A DNA stretch of 17,340 nt from an uncultured Thiopseudomonas sp. (GTDB lineage Bacteria > Pseudomonadota > Gammaproteobacteria > Pseudomonadales > Pseudomonadaceae), in assembly GCA_964625365.1 (NCBI GenBank), contig CAZVDA010000019.1, positions 1 through 17,340 on the forward strand, in the 5' to 3' direction. How positions within the stretch are numbered: position 1 is the first letter of the stretch; each line of letters begins with the position of its first letter. Shown in pieces: positions 16,166 to 17,340 of this stretch. Below the pieces are notes generated by a model. That model did not search any database, was not told the DNA's origin, and worked only from the letters and a program-made list of their open reading frames with translations. The position numbers and the translations under genes are program-made.

Positions 16166-16193
16166 TTGGTGGCCTGTGCAGTGGCCGTAGAAT
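16166..16193 (+). promoter_or_regulatory. Candidate sigma70 promoter for the riboswitch-rib operon
   Basis: TTGGTG (16166-16171), a 16-nt spacer, then TAGAAT (16188-16193). This is about 85 nt upstream of the riboswitch P1. An alternative is TTGACT (16201-16206) with a poor -10. This is low confidence. Confidence 0.25.
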
Positions 16194-16274
16194 GGCGGGG
16201 TTGACTGTTTGCCTGCTAATGCTTTTTTTCGCCTTTTGTGTTATAAAGCCGCCTTTCCACTTATATGGAAGAAA

Positions 16275-16440
16275 CAACGTTCTCAGGGCGGGGTGCAAGT
16301 CCCCACCGGCGGTGATGCCTGTCGCTGTAGGCCAACTACAGGCAGGACAAGCCCGCGAGCGCCTGTGCCGCTGTGTACAGGGTCAGCAGAACCGGTGTGA
16401 TTCCGGTGCCGACGGTGATAGTCCGGATGCGAGAGGGCGG
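16275..16440 (+). promoter_or_regulatory. FMN riboswitch (RFN element) aptamer in the ribE leader
   Basis: The conserved RFN blocks are all present: TTCTCAGGGCGGGGTGCAAGTCCCCACCGGCGGT, AGCCCGCGAGCGCC, and GGTCAGCAGAACCGGTGTGATTCCGGTGCCGACGGTGATAGTCCGGATGCGAGAG. The P1 arms are TTCTC (16280-16284) and GAGAG (16431-16435). A leader of about 110 nt follows, ending at the ribE SD GGAGA (16539-16543). Confidence 0.9.
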
Positions 16441-16549
16441 AACCTTCGTGCGGCCCCGTGCTGCGCGTTTTGCGTGCTTTATGTGCGCTTCCCTCCTGTT
16501 TTACCCCTGAACTAGCAACTTTTTTGCGCCTTGAGCGCATGGAGACGCC

Positions 16550-17206
16550 ATGTTTACAGGAATCATCGAAGCGGTTGGCAGCATTCGCAGCCTCACGCCC
16601 AAAGGCGGTGACGTGCGGGTGCAGGTGGCCACCGGCAAGCTCGATTTAAGCGATGTAAAGCTGGGTGACAGCATTGCCGTTAACGGCATTTGCCTGACGG
16701 CGGTGGAGCTGCCCGGAGACGGCTTTTGCGCCGATGTCAGCCGCGAGACCCTGGCGCGTACCGGCTTTGTCAATCTGCGTGAAGGTAGCGCGGTCAATCT
16801 GGAAAAAGCCCTGTTGCCCACCACCCGTCTGGGCGGGCATCTGGTTAGCGGTCATGTTGATGGCGTGGGCGAAGTGCTCAGCCGCAGCGACAGCGCCCGT
16901 GCGGTGGTTTTCAAAATCCGTGCGCCAAAAGAGCTGGCACGTTATATCGCCATGAAAGGCTCGATCACCGTCGATGGCACCAGTTTGACCGTAAATGCCG
17001 TCAATGGCAGCGAATTTGAGTTAACTATCGTGCCGCATACCTTGCAGGAAACCATCATGGCCAGCTATCAGGCTGGCACGCTGGTGAACCTGGAAATCGA
17101 TCTGATCGCCCGCTACCTGGAGCGCCTGCTGCAGGGCGACCAGGCCGCCGAGCCGCAGGGCGGCATTACCGAAGCATTTTTGGCCGAACACGGCTTTCTG
17201 CGTTAA
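16550..17206 (+). CDS. ribE: Riboflavin synthase (alpha subunit)
   Basis: [15 protein letters not shown]...[14 protein letters not shown]...GHVDGVGEV...[13 protein letters not shown] shows the two lumazine-binding repeats and the MFTGII start typical of riboflavin synthase (RibE; ribC in older E. coli nomenclature). The SD is GGAGA 6 nt upstream. The stop is TAA at 17204-17206. Confidence 0.92.
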   Translation: MFTGIIEAVGSIRSLTPKGGDVRVQVATGKLDLSDVKLGDSIAVNGICLTAVELPGDGFCADVSRETLARTGFVNLREGSAVNLEKALLPTTRLGGHLVSGHVDGVGEVLSRSDSARAVVFKIRAPKELARYIAMKGSITVDGTSLTVNAVNGSEFELTIVPHTLQETIMASYQAGTLVNLEIDLIARYLERLLQGDQAAEPQGGITEAFLAEHGFLR

Positions 17207-17219
17207 CAGGAGAACTATT

Positions 17220-17340
17220 GTGGCGTTACACAGCATTGCCGAAATCATCGAAGACATGCGTCAGGGCAAGATGGTGATCCTGATGGACGATGAGGATCGC
17301 GAAAACGAAGGCGACATCATTATTGCCGCCGAAGCCTGCA
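17220..17340 (+). CDS. ribB: 3,4-dihydroxy-2-butanone-4-phosphate synthase (RibB or bifunctional RibBA), 5' end only
   Basis: A GTG start at 17220 is preceded by AGGAGA (17208-17213). Translation gives [40 protein letters not shown], which matches the conserved DHBP synthase N-terminus (RENEGD...). It continues beyond the window. Confidence 0.8.
   Translation, partial: MALHSIAEIIEDMRQGKMVILMDDEDRENEGDIIIAAEAC

Noticed and set aside
16096-16515. 139-aa plus-strand ORF in the divergent intergenic region
   Set aside because: It spans the FMN riboswitch aptamer. Strongly conserved RNA motifs explain the sequence, and it has no SD.

Overview
This is a GC-rich (roughly 60-65%) chromosomal segment that looks betaproteobacterial; the ValS and GalU proteins resemble Neisseriales/Chromobacteriaceae-type sequences. 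Nearly every gene is on the minus strand. From high to low coordinates there are three blocks.

(1) A five-gene membrane-stress / membrane-microdomain cluster at 16065..6754. It encodes a YjfI/DUF2170-like small protein, a PspA/IM30-family protein with a good match to E. coli YjfJ, a YqiJ/NfeD-like membrane protein, a flotillin/SPFH protein that is YqiK-like with a long Glu/Ala-rich repeat region, and an uncharacterised giant 1723-aa protein. The giant protein has a C-terminal AAA+ ATPase domain of the AAA_5/MoxR/dynein-like type, with Walker A GYGKTT and Walker B MLYVDD. This cluster is the most interesting part of the window.

(2) valS (valyl-tRNA synthetase) follows, then a three-gene ABC importer of the COG2984/COG4120/COG1101 'uncharacterised / putative aromatic amino-acid' type, with a substrate-binding protein, permease and ATPase. 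It is followed 37 bp later by a partial galU (UTP-glucose-1-phosphate uridylyltransferase).

(3) On the plus strand at the right end, an FMN riboswitch (RFN element) precedes ribE (riboflavin synthase) and the start of ribB/ribBA.

The divergent intergenic region 16066..16549 carries a sigma70-like promoter for the psp/flotillin cluster. A perfect 12-bp palindrome, ATCACATGTGAT, lies inside that promoter and a near-repeat lies 23 bp away.

I found no tRNA/rRNA genes, CRISPR arrays, IS elements or integrases. Most long plus-strand ORFs in the supplied track are antisense shadow ORFs, as expected in GC-rich coding DNA.
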